Source: Candidatus Curtissbacteria bacterium (GTDB taxonomy: Bacteria; Patescibacteriota; Microgenomatia; Curtissbacterales; GWA2-41-24). Taken from it: 64,000 bases of DNA. The stretch lies in contig JAUSJC010000007.1 of NCBI GenBank assembly GCA_030647775.1, forward strand, positions 50,038 through 114,037, in the 5' to 3' direction. Position 1 is the first letter of the stretch; each line of letters opens with the position of its first letter. A model generated the notes under the pieces. It had not been told where the DNA came from, ran no database searches, and saw only the letters and a list, made by a program, of their open reading frames with translations. Below are positions 17,957 to 26,641 of the stretch, in pieces. The position numbers and the translations under genes were made by a program.

Positions 17957-18785
17957 TTTCGAGCGCTTGGATATCGTCGGCAGTTGGAATGATTTGCTGA
18001 TTGGTATTGGCGTGCATGATGGACTTTTTGTTTTGCAGGTGGCCGAGACCAATAGCATGGCCAAGTTCATGGGCGATGGTGTGCACCAGCTCCTTTTTGT
18101 TGACGTTGAAGTAAATTTCGATTTTACTAGTGTTTGGGTCGTAGATTCCCTCTTCCGGTTTGACGGCAAGTTCTTGGTTAAAAGTATTAATAGTCCGGTT
18201 TAATTGGTTAACATTGGTGTTAAAGAGCTGGGCTGATTGGTTTAGAGACTCCGCCATTTTATTTAAGCGGTCGGCATCAGCTTTTAGGTCTTCCTGCTGT
18301 TTTAATAATTTTTCGTATTCGTCTTTCGGCGCCCCGCCTTTAGAATTCCAATAGTCTATTTGATAATTCAGGTCGGCAAGTTTTACCTTAAAGTCGGCCG
18401 ATTCTTTTTCATACTGGGTAAGACTGGGTTTAAGAGTGCTTTCCTGGCTCTGGACTTGGCCTTGAAGGTTCGTTATTTGTTTATTTAAAGATTGCCTCTG
18501 GTCATAAACAAGGCTGATCGTCAGTTTACCCCGGGGGTCATAGGCAAAAAGGTCTTTACCCTGCACACTCTCCCAAATTTCTGCGGCTTCTTCAACATTC
18601 CGGGTGAATTCGTCACGGCTTAAATTAAACCTGTTATCTACGGCATCAATCCGGAATTGGATAGGTTTGTCGCAGGGCGAAAAATATAGGAATTTTGTCC
18701 TGTCGGAATACGGAAGGCTGACTACTCTTAAGAAAATGGCGGCAATGGCAACTAAAATTGTCAGCTGCAACAGGACTTTTTTCAT
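17865..18785 (-). CDS. matrixin-like (M10) zinc metalloprotease with N-terminal TM anchor and coiled-coil region
   Basis: 'HELGHAIGLGH' HExxHxxGxxH plus 'SIMH' Met-turn; convergent with the sortase gene and overlapping its 3' end by about 90 nt. Confidence 0.7.
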   Translation of the reverse strand: MKKVLLQLTILVAIAAIFLRVVSLPYSDRTKFLYFSPCDKPIQFRIDAVDNRFNLSRDEFTRNVEEAAEIWESVQGKDLFAYDPRGKLTISLVYDQRQSLNKQITNLQGQVQSQESTLKPSLTQYEKESADFKVKLADLNYQIDYWNSKGGAPKDEYEKLLKQQEDLKADADRLNKMAESLNQSAQLFNTNVNQLNRTINTFNQELAVKPEEGIYDPNTSKIEIYFNVNKKELVHTIAHELGHAIGLGHLQNKKSIMHANTNQQIIPTADDIQALETICQNRSYFDLYMQRLNFVISQLQKNLGIR

Positions 18786-18851
18786 CTGTAAGAATTTTAA
18801 AGGAATAGTTTGTACTTGGCAATTGGTTAGCCGCTCATTTAAACTTGAAGA

Positions 18852-19622
18852 ATGAGACTCAAGTTTCTGCAGGTCAATATTTTCAGGGGAAAGTTTTTAG
18901 GCTCGCTTTTAGATTTTATAGAAAAGGTAGACCCGGATATTATTACGATGCAGGAGGTTTCTTGCGGGGAGATAAATTTATATGAGGACAAAAAAGCTGA
19001 CCTTTTCGAACTTATAAAGGGAAAAACAGGATATGACGGAGTTTTCCATTCGGATACAAGCCTTTCAGGCAGTCCTTTTTCGCGATTTGGAAATGGGGTT
19101 TTTAGCAAATGGCCTATTAACAGTTCAGCAGTTGTACCTCTAGCAACTTATGGATCTTTGACTTTAGATGAGTTTAATAATAACAAGGGTGACGTTTGGG
19201 CAAGACTATCCCGCCATATGTTGGACGCGGAAATTGAAATAGAAGGGAAGGCTGTGCATGCAATTTCGATCCATGGTAGAAGAATTGCGCCGCCGCTAGA
19301 TGACCCGGAGAATATTCGTCAGGCGCATGTGATGGCAAACCATTTAAAATCCTTTGGTGATAAGCCGTTTATTGTCGGAGGGGATTTTAATATGCCTCCG
19401 GGAACTGAAGTTATAAAAATTGTTTCGTCTGTTGCTAGTAACTTAATGGCCGACTGCGGGGTAAAACAGACCTTAAACCCGCAGGAACATGAGCTCGGGG
19501 AAAAAGGTTACTTGGTTGATTTTATCTTTACCTCGAAGCATTTTAAGAAGATTTCTTTGGAGGTACCGCAAGTGACGGTTTCGGACCATTTGCCGGTTGT
19601 GGCAGAGTTGGAAATGCTTTGA
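18852..19622 (+). CDS. endonuclease/exonuclease/phosphatase (EEP) family protein
   Basis: 'LQVNIF...DPDIITMQEV' N-terminal motif and C-terminal 'SDHLPV' His. Confidence 0.75.
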   Translation: MRLKFLQVNIFRGKFLGSLLDFIEKVDPDIITMQEVSCGEINLYEDKKADLFELIKGKTGYDGVFHSDTSLSGSPFSRFGNGVFSKWPINSSAVVPLATYGSLTLDEFNNNKGDVWARLSRHMLDAEIEIEGKAVHAISIHGRRIAPPLDDPENIRQAHVMANHLKSFGDKPFIVGGDFNMPPGTEVIKIVSSVASNLMADCGVKQTLNPQEHELGEKGYLVDFIFTSKHFKKISLEVPQVTVSDHLPVVAELEML

Positions 19623-19778
19623 TAAAATACTCTCCTGATTTATAATTGTTTTGCGGGGTGTGGTTCAATATACAGTGCCATGCGGTTCTCGTTCTGCAAT
19701 GCAGAACTGTGGGCCTAGGTAGAATGCGGGATTAGTTGATCGGCTCAACATTCGCTTTCCCCGCCTGCCAGAGCCTAT

Positions 19779-19849
19779 GCGGGTGTAGTTCAATGGTAGA
19801 ACACCAGTTTTCCAAACTGGATACGGCAGTTCGATTCTGCTCACCCGCT
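19779..19849 (+). tRNA. tRNA-Gly(TCC)
   Basis: Acceptor GCGGGTG, anticodon loop UUUCCAA, T-loop GTTCGATTC. Confidence 0.8.
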
Positions 19850-19905
19850 CAGCATTGGCGGGCAGGCAAGCGAAAAAGAGGGGTTCGACTCCCCTATCCC
19901 GCTCC
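19850..19905 (+). other. tRNA-like 3' fragment (T-arm plus acceptor-like end) immediately after tRNA-Gly
   Basis: 'GAGGGGTTCGACTCCCCTATCCCGCTCC' resembles a T-arm and acceptor 3' strand with no D or anticodon arm; it carries the motif 'GGCAGGCAAGCG', also found at 22917 and 23588. Confidence 0.25.
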
Positions 19906-19958
19906 CGTCTTTCGCCGTCCGTCGCCTTTGGCTAAGGACGGCTACAGACGGTAGCTTA

Positions 19959-20201
19959 TTGATGTACTACGTTTATATACTTCAGAGTTCAAAATCTGGA
20001 ATTTTTTACTACGGTTATACGACCGATTTAAAGAAGAGATTTAAAGAACATAACGAAAGCAAGTCTAAATTCACGAGCGGTCATATACCCTGGAAGCTTG
20101 TTTTCTACTGTGCATTTATTGATAAGAAAAAGGCAAAAGATTTTGAACTTTATCTAAAATCAGGATCTGGCAAGGCGTTTGCCTATAAGAGATTAGTTTA
20201 A
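19959..20201 (+). CDS. stand-alone GIY-YIG nuclease-domain protein
   Basis: 'YYVYILQS...YYGYTTDLKKRFKEHN'; paralogous to the gene at 11608..11868. Confidence 0.65.
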   Translation: MMYYVYILQSSKSGIFYYGYTTDLKKRFKEHNESKSKFTSGHIPWKLVFYCAFIDKKKAKDFELYLKSGSGKAFAYKRLV

Positions 20202-20305
20202 GTAGCTTTAGTGAAAGACGTAAGTGGTGATGAAAAAGGTGTTCCGAAACTGTCCGACGCTTAAGCTATGGACAGTGAAGGACACCCTTCACCCGCTCCA
20301 AACGC

Positions 20306-21526
20306 TTATTTATTTCTAAGAGGTAGTTCAACAGTAAAACTTGCGCCCTTAACTGGGACGCTAGAGACTTTAATTCTCCCGCCGTGTATTTTAACTATTT
20401 GTGAGGTAATGAAAAGACCCACACCCAAACCCTTTTTATATTCACCTGGCCCCGATGCTCTTTTAAAAAGATCAAAAATTACCTTCTGTTCAGAAGTTGG
20501 AATTCCTATACCCTGATCTTTAATAATAAATTTGGCCTGATTTCCACTTTTGAAAATACTAATCTCAATTGGTTTACCGTTTCCATATTTTGTGGCATTG
20601 GAGACAAGATTGGTAATTGCTTGTTCTATTCTTACTTTATCCCATTTCCCAACAACAGGAGTACTAGCATTAATTTTTATTTTGTATTTTTTCCTCTTTA
20701 GCATCTCGGAAAAACTCTGGGTTACTTGGTTGGTAATAGTTACCAGGTCGGTATCTTCAGGCTGTAAATTCATCCTCCCTGTTGTAATAAGTGAAACATC
20801 AAGCAAATCGTTAATCATTGATTTCAGCCATTCTATTTGCTGCTCCGAATTTTTTAGAACTTTCATTAATTTGGAAACTGAAAAATTCGCCAAAGAGGCG
20901 CTTCGTATGTTATTTAACTCGCCGTGAAGCTTTAAAAGCATTACAGTAAGGGGCGTTTTTAACTCGTGTGAAACTATAGAAAGAAATTCGTCTCTTGCTT
21001 GAATGTTCTGGAGGGCTATTGTGTGTTCATCGTGTAACTTTATAAAAGTACGTGCATACATTTTTTCTCGCTCCTTCAATTTTTTTACTTCACCGTCTTC
21101 TTTAATCAGATATACCAAAATACTGATAATAATTGCTCCAGCAATAAAAGAAGCAAGTTGGATATACAACGTTATATCCAAGCTGGTATTGTAAAAACCT
21201 CTAAAAAGAAGGTAGGCTTCAAGCGAAATAATTCCTGTAGTAAAGAGAGCGGATTTTAAACCACCCAAAATTGCACTGAAGGCTACGATTATTAGGAAAA
21301 GAAGGTAAAAAGGTGTTTTGTCTGGATACGCCTTTAATAAATCAACTGAAAAAAATATAAGTATTCCAAAAAGTATGTTAAGCCCCAAGGCAGTAATGTA
21401 CTCTAAGAGTTTTTGTGGAGATAATGGAATCGCTACTTTACCCAGTAATTTGTATGAGCGGTGTTTTTTTGAGTAATTATAAACTCGTTTATATAGTTTC
21501 TTTTTAGAATACTGAGTATTTGCCAT
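20306..21526 (-). CDS. membrane sensor histidine kinase
   Basis: N-terminal TM helices, H-box 'SIVSHELKTPLT', N/G1/G2 boxes 'NATKYG', 'DQGIGIP', 'GLGVGL'. Confidence 0.8.
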   Translation of the reverse strand: MANTQYSKKKLYKRVYNYSKKHRSYKLLGKVAIPLSPQKLLEYITALGLNILFGILIFFSVDLLKAYPDKTPFYLLFLIIVAFSAILGGLKSALFTTGIISLEAYLLFRGFYNTSLDITLYIQLASFIAGAIIISILVYLIKEDGEVKKLKEREKMYARTFIKLHDEHTIALQNIQARDEFLSIVSHELKTPLTVMLLKLHGELNNIRSASLANFSVSKLMKVLKNSEQQIEWLKSMINDLLDVSLITTGRMNLQPEDTDLVTITNQVTQSFSEMLKRKKYKIKINASTPVVGKWDKVRIEQAITNLVSNATKYGNGKPIEISIFKSGNQAKFIIKDQGIGIPTSEQKVIFDLFKRASGPGEYKKGLGVGLFITSQIVKIHGGRIKVSSVPVKGASFTVELPLRNK

Positions 21527-21608
21527 TTATGTATGACGAATATATCATGCCTTGTTTTAATAATACAAAGTATTAAGACGCTTACTTCAAATAGGTAGTA
21601 TAATTTCG

Positions 21609-22559
21609 GTGGTGCAAAAAACTATCCTTATTGTTGAAGATGATGATGACATCCGCGACTTTCTAAAAAAAGTCCTGGTAGCTAATAACTACAAAGTAGC
21701 AGAGGCAGCTGATGGGGCTGAGGCCCTGGAGGCTGTAGAAAAATACTTTCCAGATTTAGTACTTCTTGATTTTGGGCTACCCAAAGTTTCAGGAGAAACG
21801 GTTTGTGTAAAAATCAAAAAGGACCACCCGGAGATTATTGTTATTGCTCTAACTGAAAAAGCCAAAAGCGCTGATGTTGTGCACGGCTTACAAATAGGTG
21901 CGGATGATTATATTAGTAAGCCTTTTGTTGCCGAGGAAGTGGTAGCAAGGATAGATGCGAGGTTTAAAGCAGTTGTAAATGGGCAGGCGATACCTAAGGA
22001 AAAACCTGACCGCAATGCTTCGACAAGCGTGCCGGGCGGGAAAGAGCCGAAGATAGGGAAAATAATAATTAGAGAAAGTATTGTCCTAGTTATTATCCGG
22101 CTAATTTTTACAGAGGCTGTTTTCGGATTGTCGCTTTTTCTTCTTAGCATTTTATATTCTTACCTGAGTACATATTTAAATACTACTTACCTCTCAGGCC
22201 TGTACTCTCTAGTTTTAGCAGTAGGGGTTTTAATAAATATTGCAATAGTAATCTTAATTACTTTAAAACGGAACTCGGAATATACTGAAGTCTCTAAAGA
22301 TGGAGTTACAAAGCATAGCGGAATCCTGCAGAGGAAAGAGCAAACATACGCCTGTAATTTTGTTGAGGGAGCTAAACTTAGACAGTCTTTTTTGGGTTTA
22401 CTTTTTAATTACGGGACAATTGAATTATATGATCCAGCGTTGAAAGAGCAAGTTTACTTATTAAGTATAGCAAACCCCAAAAAATATAGTAAAACTATAC
22501 AAAATATTCTTTCAAAAGAAAAAGATCAACCCATACCGTTTATAGCCCCGGCGGGGTAA
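21609..22559 (+). CDS. response-regulator receiver domain fused to a membrane bPH_2/DUF304-like C-terminal domain
   Basis: REC motifs 'ILIVEDDDD', 'VLLDFGLP', 'LTEKAKS'; the C-terminus has two TM helices then 'GILQRKEQTYACNFVEGAKLRQSFLGLLFNYGTIELYD'; no DNA-binding domain. Confidence 0.65.
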   Translation: MVQKTILIVEDDDDIRDFLKKVLVANNYKVAEAADGAEALEAVEKYFPDLVLLDFGLPKVSGETVCVKIKKDHPEIIVIALTEKAKSADVVHGLQIGADDYISKPFVAEEVVARIDARFKAVVNGQAIPKEKPDRNASTSVPGGKEPKIGKIIIRESIVLVIIRLIFTEAVFGLSLFLLSILYSYLSTYLNTTYLSGLYSLVLAVGVLINIAIVILITLKRNSEYTEVSKDGVTKHSGILQRKEQTYACNFVEGAKLRQSFLGLLFNYGTIELYDPALKEQVYLLSIANPKKYSKTIQNILSKEKDQPIPFIAPAG

Positions 22560-22731
22560 GGGGGAATGACAACATTGGCGGTGGCTATCGGACGGTTTAT
22601 TTTGCCTCTCCTGGGCTTGATAAGCCCCCATTAATTTTCTAAAATGGGCTATAATCTGCATGAAGAAGCGGGGTTCGGAATAAGCATATCTTGCGATTCT
22701 AAGAATCTAAATTTGCGTCTCCCGCTCCAGC

Positions 22732-22834
22732 GCCCGCGTAGCTCAACGGATAGAGCAGTCGCGTTCTAAGCGATTGTGGGGGTACGCTTTTTCGCGTAGC
22801 GAAAAACTCGAGAAGTCAGATCCCTCCGCGGGCA
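22732..22834 (+). tRNA. tRNA-Arg(TCT)-like gene carrying a roughly 35-nt hairpin insertion in the T-loop
   Basis: Collinear with the canonical tRNA-Arg(TCT) at 29913..29985 through the acceptor, D-arm and anticodon arm (loop GUUCUAA). The T-loop TTCGAAT is replaced by 'T-ACGCTTTTTCGCGTAGCGAAAAACTCGAGAAGTCAG-AT'; the T-stem (GGGGG/CCCTC) and acceptor are preserved. Confidence 0.5.
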
Positions 22835-22914
22835 CAGGAAATTATGGCGTGTAGCGGAAGGATTGGGCTCTGCCCGATGCCTACCCACCCCGACTTTTCG
22901 CGCGCTAAATTCCA

Positions 22915-23000
22915 AAAGTACCGGGTGCAGGCAAGCGGAGCTGTACCAAAAAAATCCGAAGTGCTATTGCCCTGAGTTTATCGAATGGGCTAAAATTAGC
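22915..23000. repeat. 87-bp direct repeat, copy 1 (promoter/5'UTR-like), upstream of the DUF4258 toxin gene
   Basis: Shares 'ATCCGAAGTGCTATTGCCCTGAGTTTATCGAATGGGCTAAAATTAGC' (47/47) with 23583..23667, and the upstream 40 nt at about 80% identity. Confidence 0.7.
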
Positions 23001-23011
23001 CAACTTAGACG

Positions 23012-23266
23012 ATGAAAATTATTTATACACAACATTCGGAAGAAAAACTTAAACGGAGAGATATTAAGAAGTTCAAAATTAATAAAAAACTAATTAAATC
23101 AATTTTAAAAGATCCTCAAATTAAATCCAAAACAAAGTATGGTGATAGCTGCGCCCTGTCAGCTATCAATGGTGACCACGACATAAGAATTATCTATGAT
23201 ATAATAAGTAAAGATAATTCTAAGGTTATAACCTTTCATATCTCTAAAAGAGGCAGGTACGGATGA
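23012..23266 (+). CDS. DUF4258-family toxin (toxin of a DUF4258/DUF2283 TA pair)
   Basis: 'IIYTQHSEEKLKRRDI...IRIIYD...KVITFHISK' matches the DUF4258 pattern; 4-nt overlap (ATGA) with the downstream partner. Confidence 0.55.
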   Translation: MKIIYTQHSEEKLKRRDIKKFKINKKLIKSILKDPQIKSKTKYGDSCALSAINGDHDIRIIYDIISKDNSKVITFHISKRGRYG

Positions 23267-23475
23267 AATTAAAATATTACAAAAAAGACGACATTTTGGT
23301 TATGAATTTTTCCTCAAAAGCTGTTGAGGATTCGTATGAAGTGGAAAGCGCGATTTTAGAAGTCGATAAAGAGAACAATCCTGTATCACTAGAAATTCTG
23401 CATGCTTCCAACTTTTTTAATACAGCCTCCAAAGAACTTCCAATCGGAATCAAGCAAAAATTTTTCTCAGCCTAA
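23263..23475 (+). CDS. DUF2283-family antitoxin
   Basis: 'MKLKYYKKDDILVMNF...VSLEILHASN' matches DUF2283 (consensus 'MKIEYDKEADALYI...GIEILNAS'). Confidence 0.55.
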   Translation: MKLKYYKKDDILVMNFSSKAVEDSYEVESAILEVDKENNPVSLEILHASNFFNTASKELPIGIKQKFFSA

Positions 23476-23582
23476 CTCCTTGCGCTTTCGCACATATCAT
23501 CACAAACTGTGATGATATGGATTAAATACAATCGTAAAAGGTCACCATATATTTTTGCGCTGAGGATTCCCAAAACGCGCCA

Positions 23583-23667
23583 AAGTACCGGGCGCAGGCA
23601 AGCGGCCCTATCCCCAAAAAATCCGAAGTGCTATTGCCCTGAGTTTATCGAATGGGCTAAAATTAGC
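23583..23667. repeat. 87-bp direct repeat, copy 2, upstream of the 732-aa ORF
   Basis: See copy 1. Confidence 0.7.
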
Positions 23668-23687
23668 TCGTTTAAATTTATATGTAA

Positions 23688-25886
23688 ATGGCACAACAAT
23701 ACCTTGAATTAAAAACAAGCGAAGGCTCTGTAAGAAAATATCCAAACGTCATGTGGTTTCCTCGTTCCAAGACTGACCCCCAAGAAATAAGAGAGGTGCT
23801 TAAACTTGCCTTAAAAATACAAGACGAAAATTCTGATAAATATTTCAATGATAAATTATTGGGTGAACACATGGCACGAATAGGATCAATTAATGTCCTG
23901 GGGATGAAAGGGGAAGATTATATAAAATCGTACCAAGGAAAAAGTATTGGAGACGTTTCTTATATAACCAATGCTCGCATGTTGATGCGACTTTTTAGAT
24001 TCCTTGGTCTTGCCACTAGACTTGAAAGGGGGAAATACGCAATTACTGTACTTGGTAGAACCTATGTAAAATTTAATGGGGACTTCCCTTCTCAGCTAAA
24101 TGGGGAAAATGAAGAACAGATACTGCTACAATTACTCGCAAACTTTGCATTTTACTGCGTTAACGACGACAGCAAGTACAGAGATTCGTCTTTTCAAGTT
24201 AGGCCTTTCATTTGGCTACTCAACACATTAGCTATTGAGCCGCAATGCATTATTCAACTTATCGTAACCGCTTATGCTTCCAAAAGTGAAGGTTTTAATG
24301 AAATTAAAAGGATTAAAAATATTTTAAGTAATCTCAAATCAGGGAAAAGCACCCTTAAAGACGAGTTCACAAATCTAGGGCTGAATCCTAACGACTATAG
24401 CTGCGTTCATAATTTTTACGATAGTGCAAAGATATTAGTTTACTTGGGAATAAGCTTGGGGCTAGTAAAAAAAACCAAAAGCCCTACATATGGAAGAAAA
24501 ATTGCGGGAAACGCTAAGTATCTTAAAAACGCGTCTGCTTTTTACAATCTTACCGTAAAGGGCGAGAAGTATTTAGAAGAAAATATTCAGAAAAAACTCA
24601 TTTATTACTCCGACTTATACAAGGTACTAGGAAACAAAGACGTCCTTCAGTGCTCCTTTATATTAGCGGTGCTCAACACTTCAATCGGCGCTAAGAAAAT
24701 TGAGTCCATAAATATTAATTTTTTCAAAAAAATCTTGGGAAACAAATGGGAAAAATATACAAACTCTCTTAGAAAAAACCTGCAAATTGAAATAGAAATA
24801 AAAGATGGAAAAGTTGCTCTAAAAGATCGGATTTCATTCAACTTTTTCCAAAGCATGCCCCCCGAGTTTTTATACGATGAACCTATGAAAAATTGGTACA
24901 CTGTATTCATGGAGGAATTTAGTGACAAAAAATCTAAGTTATTAAATACAACCACATCAAAAATGGAAGAGCAATTTTCGGGAGAAATAACATCCAAATT
25001 TATACTAGACAAAGATAAAAATCTTGCATACGAAGTTCCTTCACTCACTCTCAAAGAAGCACAAGATTACATAAAGTACGAATACATGGACAATATTTTT
25101 GGGGGTCAAGATAGATATGCTAGTAGGATTTCTCCAACAAATTCAGTAATTCTAGTGGGTGATAAGGTTCATGTAGACAATGTCATTGACGCTCTTGACT
25201 TATTAATTCCGCTTAGACATCCAGACGAAAGGTTAAGAAAATTTATCGATGCCAACATTTCTCAGTTGCTAAAAACCTTTTTGTCCAGATCTGATACATG
25301 GGCAAAGGATCAACATTACGCATGGGTAAGAAACTGCTTTAGACTTTTTGGGGCTACGGCAATTTACTCCGGTTCTAGCGGCATGCTTTCTAGAGCAGAC
25401 ATTAGCATCATTGATCCATTTCTTGGTGGCGTTGAAGCAAAAAGCCCTAGTGAGAACAGGGGCAGTATAAACACAAAAGCAATTAGACAAGCACTCGATG
25501 CTAAAGTTCAGGTTGTAGATTTATATCCCGAAAAGAAAGGCATTCCAAAAATTGCGATAGCAATCGGAAGAAGAATTACTCCATTAGCAATTGCAGAAGA
25601 AAAGAAATGGCGATCAGGAGAAAATCAACCAGTACTTCTAATAACTGATGTAGTTCTTTACTATTTAACACTTAAGTCACTTGATATTCCCTTTGACGAC
25701 AAAGATTTAATTAGACTTTTTACCCAAAATGTAGGACTGCTCGATACGAAATCTTTGAGTGTATCCCTTGAAGAAATAATGAATAACAAAAAAATAGATA
25801 GTCAGGTTAAAGAGAAAATTAGAGAGGAGCTCAATAACTTAGGGGGATTGGTAAGTGGCTCGATTGAGGGAGCAATCGAGGAGTAA
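23688..25886 (+). CDS. large hypothetical protein (732 aa); candidate restriction endonuclease or defense effector partnered with two DNA methyltransferases
   Basis: No recognised family. A possible PD-(D/E)xK-like 'IIDPFLGGVEAK' lies near residue 570. Convergent with, and overlapping by 56 nt, the first MTase gene. Confidence 0.35.
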   Translation: MAQQYLELKTSEGSVRKYPNVMWFPRSKTDPQEIREVLKLALKIQDENSDKYFNDKLLGEHMARIGSINVLGMKGEDYIKSYQGKSIGDVSYITNARMLMRLFRFLGLATRLERGKYAITVLGRTYVKFNGDFPSQLNGENEEQILLQLLANFAFYCVNDDSKYRDSSFQVRPFIWLLNTLAIEPQCIIQLIVTAYASKSEGFNEIKRIKNILSNLKSGKSTLKDEFTNLGLNPNDYSCVHNFYDSAKILVYLGISLGLVKKTKSPTYGRKIAGNAKYLKNASAFYNLTVKGEKYLEENIQKKLIYYSDLYKVLGNKDVLQCSFILAVLNTSIGAKKIESININFFKKILGNKWEKYTNSLRKNLQIEIEIKDGKVALKDRISFNFFQSMPPEFLYDEPMKNWYTVFMEEFSDKKSKLLNTTTSKMEEQFSGEITSKFILDKDKNLAYEVPSLTLKEAQDYIKYEYMDNIFGGQDRYASRISPTNSVILVGDKVHVDNVIDALDLLIPLRHPDERLRKFIDANISQLLKTFLSRSDTWAKDQHYAWVRNCFRLFGATAIYSGSSGMLSRADISIIDPFLGGVEAKSPSENRGSINTKAIRQALDAKVQVVDLYPEKKGIPKIAIAIGRRITPLAIAEEKKWRSGENQPVLLITDVVLYYLTLKSLDIPFDDKDLIRLFTQNVGLLDTKSLSVSLEEIMNNKKIDSQVKEKIREELNNLGGLVSGSIEGAIEE

Positions 25887-26640
25887 TTTCATTTAATCTT
25901 TTCTCCGCCATTTCTACATATTTAGGATTTAATTCAAAACCAATATATTTTCGATCATTCATTCTTGCACTTACGCATTCACTCCCTGACCCCACGAATG
26001 GCATCAACAATGTGTCTCCCTGATTTGAAAAATGGTTGATGATTTTATGACATATGGCTAACGGTTTTTGCGTAGGATGATCAACTTTCTCGTTAGCAAA
26101 TCTTTTACCCGCTAACGTAGGAATTTCCCATATATCTCCACCATGCTTTCCTTCAGGATGTGGCGTCCAGACCTTACCATTTTTTATAATTTTATTCCTT
26201 AATCTCTCCGTACTTTTATAAGGTTCCCTAATCGTATGGTAAGTGTAATCTTTACCTTTATAAAACCATAATAGAGGTTCGTAAGCGGCTGCAGGCGCGC
26301 GTCTATACATTGAAAAGTTATTTTCATAATGCCAAATAAATAATCTCCCATAGAATAACCCTATATCGTATAAGTATGCCTGAATGTACCCAATATTATG
26401 ATGAATACCATATACAAAAAGAGAACCATTTGGCTTTAGGACTCGCTTTGATTCCTTTAGCCATTTTTTCATCCACTTAAACCATTCTTCATGATTCTTG
26501 AGATTCCATTTTTCACCATTTCCAAAATCTTTTTCTATTCCATATGGAGGATCTGCAATAATTAGGTTAATTGATTCATTGTCAATTTTTTTATATAAAT
26601 CAAGACAATCACCGGTATAAATTTTATTTAAATTAAACAT
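25831..26640 (-). CDS. DNA methyltransferase, beta-class N6A/N4C family (DPPY)
   Basis: Motif IV 'ADPPYG' near the N-terminus, motif I 'MPFVGSGSE' near the C-terminus (beta-class order). Confidence 0.8.
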   Translation of the reverse strand: MFNLNKIYTGDCLDLYKKIDNESINLIIADPPYGIEKDFGNGEKWNLKNHEEWFKWMKKWLKESKRVLKPNGSLFVYGIHHNIGYIQAYLYDIGLFYGRLFIWHYENNFSMYRRAPAAAYEPLLWFYKGKDYTYHTIREPYKSTERLRNKIIKNGKVWTPHPEGKHGGDIWEIPTLAGKRFANEKVDHPTQKPLAICHKIINHFSNQGDTLLMPFVGSGSECVSARMNDRKYIGFELNPKYVEMAEKRLNEITPRLLPQSSHLPIPLSY

Positions 26641-26641
26641 G

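Noticed and set aside
19736-19954. 72-aa plus-strand ORF
   Set aside because: Spans tRNA-Gly and the tRNA-like fragment.
23509-23712. 67-aa ORF
   Set aside because: Reads through the second copy of the 87-bp repeat and into the start of the 732-aa gene in another frame; the same repeat upstream of the toxin gene is clearly non-coding.
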